From the NCBI GenBank assembly GCA_035084275.1, contig CM068746.1:18786001-18850000 (forward strand): a stretch of 64,000 bases of DNA. Direction: 5' to 3'. The notes below the pieces were generated by a model. The model searched no databases. It was not told the origin of the DNA and saw only the letters and a program-made list of their open reading frames with translations. Both the position numbers and the translations under genes were made by a program. Below are positions 46,436 through 58,680 of the stretch, in pieces (the first letter of the stretch is position 1; each line of letters starts with the position of its first letter). Source of the DNA: Hydrolagus colliei (lineage: Eukaryota).

Positions 46436-49400
46436 ATACAAGTAGTGACAAGCCTGCATATCAAAATATCTCACAATGCTTCACAAGTAAATAATTGCTA
46501 AGTGTGTGGACTGTTTTGCAGGCAAACATGGCAGTCGTTTGCACCAGTAAAGTGTCATAAACAACCATGCTGTAAACCAGTTAATCTGGAGAATTGTTAG
46601 CCAGGACACTAGGAAAAACTAACTTATCTTTTTGAATATTGCCATAGGATCTCAATTGATCTCATATGTTGGGCAGAGTGGGAGAGAGAGAGAGAGAGAG
46701 AGAGAAGAGACAGGGTTTATTCTAAAGACATCACCACCGCCAATGTAGTGATCTGTAATTGCACGTTGCGTAGGAATATCAGCATGGGCTGTGAACTAGA
46801 GAACACCAGCAAAAGAGAATATACATATACTGTCTATATATATCTCTGACAGCAAATAAGGATAAAGTGAACTTGCTGTCAGAATGTCTGAAGTCTTTAT
46901 CTCTGCCAAGTACAGGCTGTGCCTGGCTAATTTACCTGCCCTCTAAGTAAACTTTCCCCACCATGTTTTCATGCTGCAGGTGGGCTGAGGTATCCGTCTG
47001 CTGCTGCAAGCCAACAGTGCAATCAAATCAGTAACCATCAAATCAGTTTACCTTTGTTCAGCTACCCTTTTCTGCCTTTCTGTTTCTTGAACCCACCGTT
47101 CCCCAATGAGGTGCTTCATAGAGGGATACGTGGCTTAAATATCTAATGATTTAAGCAATATCTAGGCTTAACTCCATAACTTTCTGATTCAGAGAATGAA
47201 CAGAGTCCAATTGACACTAACAATATTTTTAGGGTATAACAAACAAGTTTGATTCCCTCATCACTTCCCTCTCCTTAGAACTTCTTCTCTAATTGATTGA
47301 GGTGACCATCCATTAAGTAGAGAAAATGTAGAACTAATTCAAACCAGCAATCAATGGTGCACACTGCATGCTCTCCCCACAAGTGTACAGTTCTGATCAG
47401 AATGTCCGCAGATTACTGAATTATGCTCAATTCATTTTAGGCACCGGCAGACTTTTTACACTTGCAAACCAGCTCGAGCTTGAAAGTTTTTTTATATATA
47501 AAAAACGACTTTAGCTAAAAACTATGTATTTAAAAAGTGATCCATTTTAGCAGTGCCGGCTAGATGCACTATCAGACCATACAAGGCCAGGCTGACTCCT
47601 GCAGCATGTGCCAAGACTCCAAACAAATCATACTTAAGTAAGGGTTTATTTTGGATCAGCTTCTCAGAAAGGTTTTAATGACATTTCTTGGCAGACTCCA
47701 TTAATGTAGGCTTCAAGAATATATATATATATATAATAATACAATATATAGTAAAATGTTCATGTATTTACATTTTTACAAACCACTAAAAGAATGAACG
47801 AAGATGAAAACACCAGTTTAAATAAACATGGTGGGAGGTGGGAGGGAGGTTGAAAATGCAACCTTTCAAAACAGGTTGTGACAATTCATATTGAAGCGAG
47901 TATGGAGAAAACAGTCACAAATGCAAAGGATTATTAATTGTCACCTATGGAAGTGTAATGCTGATCCGATTTTGTTTAAGATTGTTTCTGAAAGACTAAG
48001 CTTTTCCAATGTTGGGCAGGAGGTGGACCAAAGGCATTAACCCGTTAGCACATTTGAGTCTCTGGGCCCTTTTCTGCTCCTTCTTTCTTCACAAAGAAAT
48101 AGAAATGAAGGAGAATAATGAAAGTGGATCAGCTCAAATGTGTCACCACTGTACATTTTAGTGCCTCCAGAGAGAAAAACTAAAACTTCACATTGGATGA
48201 GATATCAGAAAACTACTGACACTTATAGAACTGTATCCCTCTATGAATCACCTTATTGAGGAGGTGGGTTGAAAAATCGGAAAGGCAGACAAGTGTAACT
48301 GAAGAAAGGTAAACTGGATAAAAGTCATTCTGGGTCATTTAATTTAAACACTGACCCATAAACTAGCATAGAAGAGCAGCAAATCTCCCAGAAATCTTTT
48401 AACAGACTTCAAATGGGCTAATATAAAGTCCCTGGGTTTGGCATAATTCCACCCAATTTTGTTCAAATATGTTTGTTCCTTCTGGCATGACATAATGCTG
48501 CTTAGTGCTTGAAACTTAGTGCACAATAAACTAGTATCTAGCTGCCTACAGTTCCAGTAACAAAGATGGCTTTTTCTTCACTTGTGGTCAGAGAGGAGAA
48601 AAAATTGATAAAGAAGAAAGGAGAGAATATAGAATTAATTCATATTCCATATGTATTGGCTGGACATATTGGGAGCCACATCGCCAGTTGTCCTTTGAAA
48701 AATTTCAAGGTGAGGTGTCCCAATCACATTGCCTGAGTAAAACGGTAAGAGTCAGAGAGACACAGGCCACTGATGTCCAGGTGCCTGGTCTGTATAAGTC
48801 CATCAATCCTGCACACACAATTCTATCTCAGTAGAATTTATCTAATTTTATGCTCAACCTCAAAATTTCCCCTAGTCCAGTACTATCACCACTACAATAC
48901 TGTAATTAACCATATATTGGCTTCACTGACCACTATGCCAGGATATAAGAAAATCAGATTGAGTTCCTGAAATGCACCATCCAACGTTGCAAGTGATAAT
49001 GTGGATTTTAGACAAGAATAGGATCAGTCTTGGCTGTGATATTCCCTTTCCCAAACAACCAACCAACGCTCTCACATGAGGAATAACCACTCGAGTGAGG
49101 TATAAAGTGTGGCCAAGACAAGCAGATCCACAATCTTCTGTTGCTTTTTTGTTACTGAGTAACGGAACACAAAGCCTCGAAACCTTTGTAGACAATTTAA
49201 ACAGAGAAAGATGCAAGACGGCTCCAGGTGAAATAGAGCCATTCAGTATGGCTGTGATGGATCATTGGTCACTTAGTCTATTAAAGTGTGCAATTGATAC
49301 ACTGACTGGTTAGAATTATTACTGAGTGGGGGGAAACCCACAAACATCCCAGGAATGAATTGGAAATCTTTTTGTAACTAATTAATGAATGAAACTGGTT

Positions 49401-50729
49401 ATTAAGTGATTGTGTGATTGGGGCCAGGACACTAGACTCCTTTAAAATAAAGTCAAATGCTGGGATAGGAGCAAGGTGGGTATACTGAAAAGACATCAGA
49501 TAGACTAGAAGATGTTCTTCACCTAAACTAATCCTGTTATTATTGAATTAAGGTTGTCACTTTTTTGTAGAAATGTCCTCTCATGGCTGTTTAAATGGTT
49601 TAGGTTTAAAATGCAGAATATTGCACCAAATGTTTTAGCCTTATTCTTTATATATCATACATACACACTTAAATTCCTTTTAAAAATACCCACAATACCC
49701 ACTATATCATTCAGCAAACAATCTCCTGTTCAAATACTGACACGTTTATGCCATTGTACCAGACTTGCTGTCTCCAGAATACAGTTGAACTGCATTTCAA
49801 TTACAGGGTCCACACTCAGAACTGGAATCAGAACATTGGCATTAACCAGTGGCTTGGCCCCAATATAGTGAAAGTGCATATTTGGGTTTCCCCCAAGTCT
49901 GCACCTCACTTGCGTGAGATTTTGTCAGAGCAAGACCATGTAATATAGAATTTTTTTATTTAAAAAATAGTTTGCAACCAACTAGATGGAGCACAATAGT
50001 CTTTTCTGATGCTTTACATTCCTAAATATAGCTTGTGCTTCTTCACAAGGTAAATCTGCGCCCACGAAACATGCTTTAGTCTCCACAGATCTAAGAACTG
50101 GATAATGTGGTTGACTGAAAATGCCATTAATGTTTTGAAAAAATGTCAAAGATGTCAAATGGGTCTATATCTTCACCTGATAGGTTCACCTGCAAATATA
50201 CAGTCACTACACTTTACAGTAAATCCTATGAAGCGCTTTTAGATGTTCTGATGGTGTGATATATGGCAAGAGGTGTAATAATTACATAAAGGGTGTTCAG
50301 CAATCCTATTGTTGAGACCATTTCTGATTGTGCTTTGTTGTACAGTATAAAAACAGTTCAGTGAGAAATATGGGCCACACCTTTCATCAGATTTGAGCCA
50401 CATAATGCAGCATTGTTAGTCACCAACTGGTATCTCATTTATCCTCTCCTTTCCACATCGCATCAAAACAACACACCTAGTCTGCTGTACCACAACATCA
50501 GTAGTTCACAACAGCTCAGATTGTGCCCAGTGAACATTGAAAATAAAATCCAAGTAAGAGAATAAATCAAATCTGCTCTGTGCACTTCATGTTGCTAATG
50601 CTTCAATATTGGTTGCCAACGTAATCTCCATTTAGGAATATTTGCCTAATGCTTGCAAGGACACCCAGGCAGTTTCCTCCATCCCACCCACTTTTTCTGA
50701 AGTGCATCAAGACAGAACTAGATCTTATT

Positions 50730-50844
50730 ACACAATCATATAATTGGTTTGGATGAAAAAAGCCCTTCAGCCCATCCAATCTCATCCTTCCAGAACATCT
50801 CCCTACCGTCCCCACCCTCCATTGCATCAAGCTGCTTTTTAAAA
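50730..50844 (-). mobile_element. CR1 3' fragment, interrupted by a Tigger element and resuming at ~51911-51960
   Basis: AATCATATAATTGG...CCCTTCAGCCCATC tail on the left; GCCTCTACCACG..CCTAGCAACCTGTTCC continuation on the right of the transposon. Confidence 0.55.
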
Positions 50845-50846
50845 TA

Positions 50847-51908
50847 CAGGTAAACCTCTATTTACGACAGGGTTGCGTTCCTGAAAAACTGTATATATAT
50901 CAAAATGTCCTAAATCGAAAAGCAATTTTTCATGCAGTCCCATTATATAACCAGAGATGCATTCTTTTCACAAAATTTTCAGACATTAAACCCACTAAAT
51001 AACTCAGCAGGATATTCTTGTGCAGCAACAGTGTCAGCACTTGCAGCTTCCCCACTCATCTTGATGTTGTGGAGTCGTCTTTTAAACCTTTGAAACCACC
51101 CTCTGCTAGCACTGAAAGATGGTGCCGTTGAGCCTTCTCCTCCTTGATCATTTAACTCCCTAAACAATAATTTTGCCTTCTCTTGGATAACCAGGGTGTT
51201 GAGTGGTATATTACGCTGGTTTTGATCCTCATTCCAGACACTCAGCATTCTTTCCATGTTTTCCATCACATCACTCCTATGTTTTGCTAACCTGCTTGCA
51301 CCTGTAGCTGTAACACACCTTGAACTTGCCAGTATATTGTCCTTATTCTGTTATCTAACAGCCACCGTTGATCTGGCTAGCCCTTCCGACGTCAGTACCT
51401 TTTTCACCAGAATCGATGCCTCCAATTTGGTATTTAAAGTGATGACTTCACGGGGTTTCTGGCCTCGAGCGGTATTACCGCTGCTCATTTCACTTACAGC
51501 TCTTTTCCCCGACTTAGTATAACCGCAGTAGAGGCTGTAAATCGTTGGAAGTCGCTCGGGAATATTAGGAAATTATTGTAATACTGACGTGGGGCGATGA
51601 CGCTTCAAAATCAGCTGGCTTGTAAAGAATGACGTAGTGACATGCTATTGGCCAGTTCAAGTGCTTGGATACACTATATCAGGTGCGAGCGTAATTTACC
51701 CAGGAATACACTATGGACTGTGCGTATGGACAAAAAGGGAGAGTGAAAATGCGACCGCGATTTTGAAAATATGTACTGCGCATGCGCAAAAAAATTTTGG
51801 TCCATAAAACAAATCCAACTGTTGTATATCGATCAAAATATGTTAAAAAATGATGGTCCTTCAATCAAAATGTCATAAATCGAAGCGTCATAAATCAAGG
51901 CTTACCTG
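50847..51908 (-). mobile_element. Tigger/pogo DNA transposon, internally deleted, with transposase N-terminal (HTH/CENP-B-like) remnant
   Basis: TIRs CAGGTAAACCTCTATTTACGAC / GTCATAAATCAAGGCTTACCTG with TA on both sides; ORF 50979-51269 MERMLSVWNEDQNQRNIPL...IQEKAK..F...FSASRGWFQRFKRR..GEAASAD is Tigger-like; no DDE domain seen. Confidence 0.9.
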
Positions 51909-52484
51909 TAAATATCTTAGCCTCTACCACGTTTCCTAGCAACCTGTTCCCTTGATTACCTTTTGAATCATGCTACATTTAAACTGGGCATTCAGTGAGA
52001 TGGTCAATGATTCACCAAGAAATGTGCAATAATAACAACAGGTTCAGACAGTGTGAGTCACATGGTAGTCATGCTCCTGTTACCACTGAAAGGAGATCAT
52101 TTCAGCATCAGTGAGATTTTGTAAACATACTCTCTCTCTAAACCTTGAGACATCCTCCTGATGTAATACAACTGTAATTTTGTTATTGCAACAGAGCAAT
52201 TCCTCATACAGCCTGTTTATGCAGAACATTTTAAATATCATGAAAGAGACAATCACATATTTATGAATCATATTCTCTGAGTGTTTCTTGAACAATAAGG
52301 AGGGCAGTTTTAGATACTTGAGCAGGGAGGGGAATCAGAGCAAAGTTGAGAGAAGTATGTTCTCTCTGGTAGAGGTGGGCAGTTGAGTTATCAATCAACT
52401 CTACAGCATAGTGAGTGGGGATTTGTATTACTGGTCTGTATCCGTCTTCCCTTGAGGTTAACGAAATATCCATAAAGAAAACCA

Positions 52485-53170
52485 CAATTTACATTTATAT
52501 AATGCCTTTCATGGGAGGATATTTTAAAGCACTTCACGCATTGGGAGCAGGGTTGTGGAGGTGGGAGCCGAATGCTTGCCAATTGCACAGTTGTGATAAG
52601 GTTTTTTTTCAAATGGAGATTTTGTAGATGGAGCAGGACTCCAGGATGGTGTAACAGGGATCATGAAGTTGGCTGGATAGTATGGGTTGAGTGAAAGGAG
52701 TGCTAGAGCAACAGATGTGAGGAGGGGTGATACCATGGAAGCATTTGAAGATGTGGACTAAAATTCCGAATCTAATCTGCATGATAGGAAGCCAGTGGGA
52801 TTGTGTGAGGATGGGTTTGTAGACAATTCTGAATGGTTCTGCAGCTTGTGTAGGGAGAAGCTGGGGAGATCAGCAAGCAGGGCATCAGAGTGGTCAAGCC
52901 TGGCTGGAACTGAAAGCATGGGAGAGGTAGTGGCAGAGTTGGGCGATGTTATGGAGGTGAGGGAAAGCAGTTCAGGTGCAAGATTTGAAAGATAGTTGGG
53001 GGTCAAACAAGATGGTGATGTTTTGTACCGTAAGGTTGAGTGAGCACACTTGCAAGTCAATCAATTCAGCACCTGAGTCATTGAAGGAAGCCAAGCAAGA
53101 GAGTCTCAGTCCTGTTGACACTGAACTGTAGAAAGTTAAAACTGAGCCAGGGCTTGATGCCTGATAGTCA
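52485..53170 (-). mobile_element. Degenerate L2 LINE 3' fragment
   Basis: Frameshifted L2 ORF2 remnants (ARLDHSDALLADLPSFSLHKLQ, WSPAP) and an L2-type tail near 52490-52540. Confidence 0.7.
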
Positions 53171-54444
53171 GAATAGCAGTGGCCCTGAAATCAAGGATAG
53201 ATAAAAGCAGAGGGATAGTTGGATGTTGTCCATATACCAGATAGGAACAAGATAATAACACCCCCCACTAAAACTCTAAATGGAAAGCAGACATGTGACC
53301 CCACATAGCTGATCTGAGAGGAAAAAGAAACACAATCAATCAATAGTGATAAGAGCATTCAACGCATTGCCTGTTGATATAGCACGTGACAATAAACACC
53401 CAGGTGGTATGTATGCCATTGGAAATATTCAAATAACATTCTATTAAGTTGGGCTTGCAATCCTTCTCCACCACTGTAAAACCCTCAAACATTATGCTAT
53501 GTGAAAGGCACTGTATAAATACAAGTTGCTGTTGTTACTGTTTACAGTAGGTGACTTAGGGTTCAGTCAGACTACCACAGTGCAGTGAATATGTTTTTTT
53601 TAAAAAAGCTCAACTTGTTCACTAATAGCTGACATCACTTGGCGTTGCTTGAACCCAAGCTGCACAGTATGTTCCAACAGCAAAGTAACATTTATTTAGA
53701 TAGTTAACTTAAGACTCAGAGCCAGGCAGCATTTAAATGAACAACGCGCTTTCTTTTGACTAGTGGAAACAACAGTAAAAAAATAAGCACGGTGTGAAAT
53801 CTTTCCCAGTGAATAAGAATCAGAAGTAGGATTTGCAGAGCAAGCCTCAGCCTGTCTCAGTCAGTTTCGTTCCCCTCCACCCTTCACTCTGTTCAGATTA
53901 CATTCCTCCTGCCATAGACGATGCTTCCAAAGGATTTATACCGCTAGCTTCTGAGATGGGTCTTCAACCCACTTCCAGAGGCAAACACAGCCTTGAGGAT
54001 AATCTCAGCAAACATGAAGATGAAGATAACCTGCCATATCCCCTGTCCCTGGGTATACTGACCACCATGTTTTCTCTGGGGTGCGGGAGGGAAGATGCTT
54101 ATTTATAGTCCCATGATAATTCAATCGGCACAGGCAGTGAGCCGTACAAATCTGCCAGATCCACATTTGCTTCACAGCTGATCTCTGTAGGATAGGAAGG
54201 ACACAACTGGCTTCAGAGTCATGATGAGAGGATGCAGTGCAGAGCAAGGGAGAAAAATCTATCAGGACTTTGGCTTCTGAATACTACCTCCCCTTCTTGT
54301 TCAAGGTGTATGTTTAGGATGGGGTATGGATAGGATCAGGCTTAGCAGTAATGCCCCCTGTGGTCCAGTAGTACTTCTGGCACTCACTGATAATAGCCAT
54401 TTGTGAGATAACAATGGATGATTGGCCAAAAAGGAAGCCAAATA

Positions 54445-54600
54445 AGAATAATAATCCTTGCATTTGAGAGAGTGCCTTTTTGAATCTTCTAGAGTCTCAG
54501 AATACACTGTAAAGTGAATTGACTGTGTATTTTGTGGACAAAATGCGGTAGCCAATTGCACACAGCAGTGTCCCACAAACAGTTGTAGATTAAGTGACCA
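54445..54600 (-). mobile_element. SINE S1, 3' part
   Basis: Tail and body match. Confidence 0.8.
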
Positions 54601-55714
54601 CATTCTTGCCCCCACCCACCACCACGCAAGTAGAGGGGAAAATTAGTTAAATTGGTTTATGGACAGGATCGGGTGTTGGGGGGGGGAGGGGGGGGGTGTC
54701 GAGTCTCAATGTGCTGCACCATAGATACATCTCCCACTGTCAATTATATTATCTAGATTCCAGAACAATTGAAAACCTGAACAAGTTCACATTGTTACAA
54801 ACTGAATTGATTCAAATTAAGCACAGCTTGGAAGCTTTAATGTTCTCTTGGCACATCTTCTGAAGACATCAGTTGTTAAACACTGAAGAAACTTTGTTTC
54901 AACTTTTTCGTGGGAATGCAAGATATTTTCTTTAGTTTTGATACAACAACAAAATACAATAAAATTACAATTATAGAGCGCCTTTCACGTTGGGAGGATT
55001 TAAGGCTTTCAATACCATAACTTACAAATGCTACCTTCCCCATTGACAAACCATTGCAATAGTCATAGAGGGTTAAACCTAAAGCAGTCACCATGACATG
55101 ACGTAAGGGCCCTTGTCTATAATAGATGGTGAAACCTTAAGAGAGGTTCAGATGGTTTAAGCGTAGAAGGCATATCTTAACCACCATATTCGCACAGGAG
55201 TCACACAAGGCATCAGAAATGATTCATAGGATCAAACTGATCAAATTGAACTCACCAGCCAGAAATTACTACACTTCGGGGGAAATGGAACAATGCCACA
55301 GGCATGTTAGGAGCACCTTAGAGGTGAGGATATCTACATTGTGGGATTTGGATTACCAATTTTTCCAACAATGGTAAATAATAGTTTCTAAGTGAAAATG
55401 TCTACTGGTCACAAACTAAAGAGTGGGGAGCAATTCCTGTTGCTGCTAAAAAAAAAGTGAGTTTATACTAAATTGCAAAAGCCCATTATCAGAACACAAT
55501 GAACAAGTTGCTACAGTAAAGCAGAAAACCTGAATTTCTTGTCCCAAACCTGCATTCTTTCACGGTCAAATCATACGCATGTTTCTGACTCTACGATCTG
55601 GCTCATTCTAATTTTTAAAACGACAGTAACATTAAATCTTAACAATAACTTGTATTTATGTAACAATTGAATGATATCAAAATGTGGAGTCAGTACCAAA
55701 CCTACACCGAATGG

Positions 55715-55993
55715 GGATAATAACAATCCTTACATTTGATACAGCACTTTTCATGTTTTCTAAACATCTCAAAGCGCAAAGTGAATTGACAGGAGTTTTA
55801 TTTTTGTGGGGGAACAGCAGTGTCCCACAAACGGTCATAGATTGAGTGACCAGTTTTATTTTTTTTTCTTGAAGGATTATTATCAGGCATGTAGACTGAG
55901 GAAACTTGCCCAAGGTTTCGCCCTGCTGGGTATCAAACCCAGGTCTCTCAATTGTGAGGCAAATGCTCTAACCACTAAGCTATAGGACTCCAC
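55715..55993 (-). mobile_element. SINE S1, full length
   Basis: Complete head-body-tail. Confidence 0.88.
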
Positions 55994-58559
55994 AAGGACT
56001 GTGATGCCACAGACATTTCATAAAATGAAAGAAGTCAAGATGGTTTCCAAGCTCATCAACTCAGAACTTGAATAAATCTTCTATTAATAAACCAAATTGC
56101 TACTGGAAGAGTTTTTGGCTCTCCAATACTTAATAATTGTTATTATTACTAAACATGGGAAACCACCATCTGTTTATCAAAAAATACATAACAACAGTAC
56201 GAACCCAGCAGAACAAACCACACATTGCAGCTATACACAAATAAATGGGCGTGAAGAATATTATTCAATTTCTTCAGTGTCGCACAACATAATCTGAGTT
56301 GCTGCCAATATAAAGAAATCAGCAAGAGCTCATCATCTCCCAGTACTTTGCTGACTGCTACGTGCCAATGCTAATGTTAGTGTTGGTTAGTCCCATGATA
56401 TTCAGTTAATTGGGTTTCGTCCAACAAGCACAATGAAGCCTGTGGCCTCCATTTAAGTTTGATTGTACTTCATGTATGTACGTCATTGTTTTACTGCATC
56501 TGTTCTTGTTTACTGTAATCTCTCCCCTGATTATTGAAGTGCCTGTAAAGCCATAACACCTCCACACCCTTTCATTAAAAAAAGCTATCCGAGACCATTA
56601 GAAACTTCAAGTGGGATTTGGTAGGTATATTCTAACTTTAATGTCTGATCACTTTTGAAGTTATACTTAAACTAGAAAATGCACTGACATTGGGCATCAA
56701 GTGCATTGAGACTGTAATCAATTTAATTGACTTCACAATGTGAAAGACTGAATGAATCTGCCGGATTTAGACCCTTTCAGTTCCACAGCACCCGACTGAG
56801 CTACTCACGAGATTAGAAGTGTTGTGGGCTCGCACTATTATTAAACTTGATCTTTGGTATGTAATCCACTGCAATTTGTTTTCCTGCAATTTTGCAGTAA
56901 TATAGCAAGACAGGAGATTCCACCCTCAGCAGGAATACACTGGAATTCTGATGAAAATTATAAAATACAGAATAACAAGCTACAAAGTCATTGAATTAAA
57001 CCTGAATACAACGCTCACACTAGACACATCTGTTTCATGTTTACTCTTCTGGACTGAAATTCTACCGAGTCTTTGCCCATCAGGCTATTTTGTCTCAAAC
57101 AATTTTCTTAAATTCAGTCTCAGATTGAAAGCCGGCTTTCCTGAATTATTTTTAAAGAAGCATAGATTTCCAAATTCTGTATTATGATAATAATTATCTT
57201 TGCATTTCAGTTAGTGGCTTATCACATCATCGAGATGTCTCAAAATCATTGTGTATTTTGTTGACCAAAATCTAAAATGGAAGACAAACTATTATGCGGG
57301 TTAAGGCTAGGTGGAGATTCAGGCTTTATTTTAGTTCCTAAGGTGCTCAGATTTGCACTGTTATGGTTATAGCATTGTAACTATGACTAGAATAGTACAT
57401 TGAGTCCGAGACAAGATCTCAAGTCATACAGGGGGCTTTCATAGAAAAAAACACTCTGTACATTAGCCACTTAGCAGTGACTTATGGAGGTAGAGTATTT
57501 TGTAAAGCATAGTTCCCACATTCACATAATACTCCATCAATATTCCAGATCTGGACAGAGAAATAAATATCTACTTTCTCTTTATTATTGGCTTACAAAC
57601 ATGCTGTGGGACAATCCTGCAAAGTTCCGCCACGGATGGATTACGGAATCACTCAACCATTTTTGTCATGTAAACAAGCACAGTAACAATTAATGCAATT
57701 TGGAACTACATAGCGGTCAGTCTTAAACGGTCCTCCAGACTGTGAGGTCCATTTCATAAACCCTTTGAATGAGTTACAGGCTTGTAAACAGTGTGGCAGC
57801 TAGCCTATTTTTAGCTGAGCAAGGTTGTGAATAATTATGGAAGGCAGCACATTATCAAAAGCTGGAGCCTGCAGCTGCTTTCATATTAGGTAGGGTTACT
57901 TTAGGTTGGAGCAAGTTGGTGATGAAAGCATATAATGTTCCCAAAAGTACAGACTGTTGTCTTGCACCACACATCGAAAACCCAGGTGGATTCCGCTAGA
58001 TGTATAATAGCCATGAAAGTGCTCCCTTTCATAAAGAATAATTATTTCATTTTATTGAAATAGCAAGATCTGACAATAGTAATTATATACACAAGGAGTC
58101 AATCCGCTCCACACACTTCAGGTGCTGAATTTCTTGCTGTCTGCTAGGTGCCAGTCTGCTTTATTCAGTCAGTAGGTAATGTGCACAGATCTGTCCTCGT
58201 GCATTTGCAAATAAATGTGGTGCTTTTCGAGATCCTATTTTTGCAGGTAATTCTCATTTCAAGCATCTCATTTTATTTAAACATTAGACTGCATTTGGTG
58301 AATTGTTTCTAGCACAGACATATTTCCAAAATGTGAAGGATTATTGGAACAGACCAGCACTTGATTCTCCGCAATTAAATCAATCCATGGAATAACCCCA
58401 GAGACAGAGGCAACAAGAGAACTGTAGCTTTGTCGTTTCACCAGAGTGAAGAGAGATTTGAAATTCATTTTCACTATGAAATTCAAGAAGATACAAACTT
58501 ACCTGGAAACGATAGTATTATAAACAAATCCACAGAACACATTTGATCATCTTCGCACA

Positions 58560-58680
58560 TTTTCACCCACAAATGTACAGTCAATTTTCTTTACAGTATA
58601 TTCTGAGAAGCGCTTTGAGATGTCTAGAAGATGTCAAAAGCGCTATATCAAATGCAAGGATTATTATTATTTATTATTAT
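58560..58680 (+). mobile_element. SINE S1, 3' tail
   Basis: CACAAATGTACAGTCAATT...GCGCTATATCAAATGCAAGG(ATT)n. Confidence 0.85.

Noticed and set aside
50979-51269. Domesticated TIGD/CENP-B-like gene
   Set aside because: Frameshifted upstream, lacks the DDE domain and is bounded by TIRs and TA: a decayed deletion derivative.
51270-51490. MSSG... start on the minus strand as the missing RASSF3 first exon (MSSGYSS...)
   Set aside because: It lies inside the Tigger TIRs and continues as the transposase N-terminal HTH; the resemblance is coincidental.
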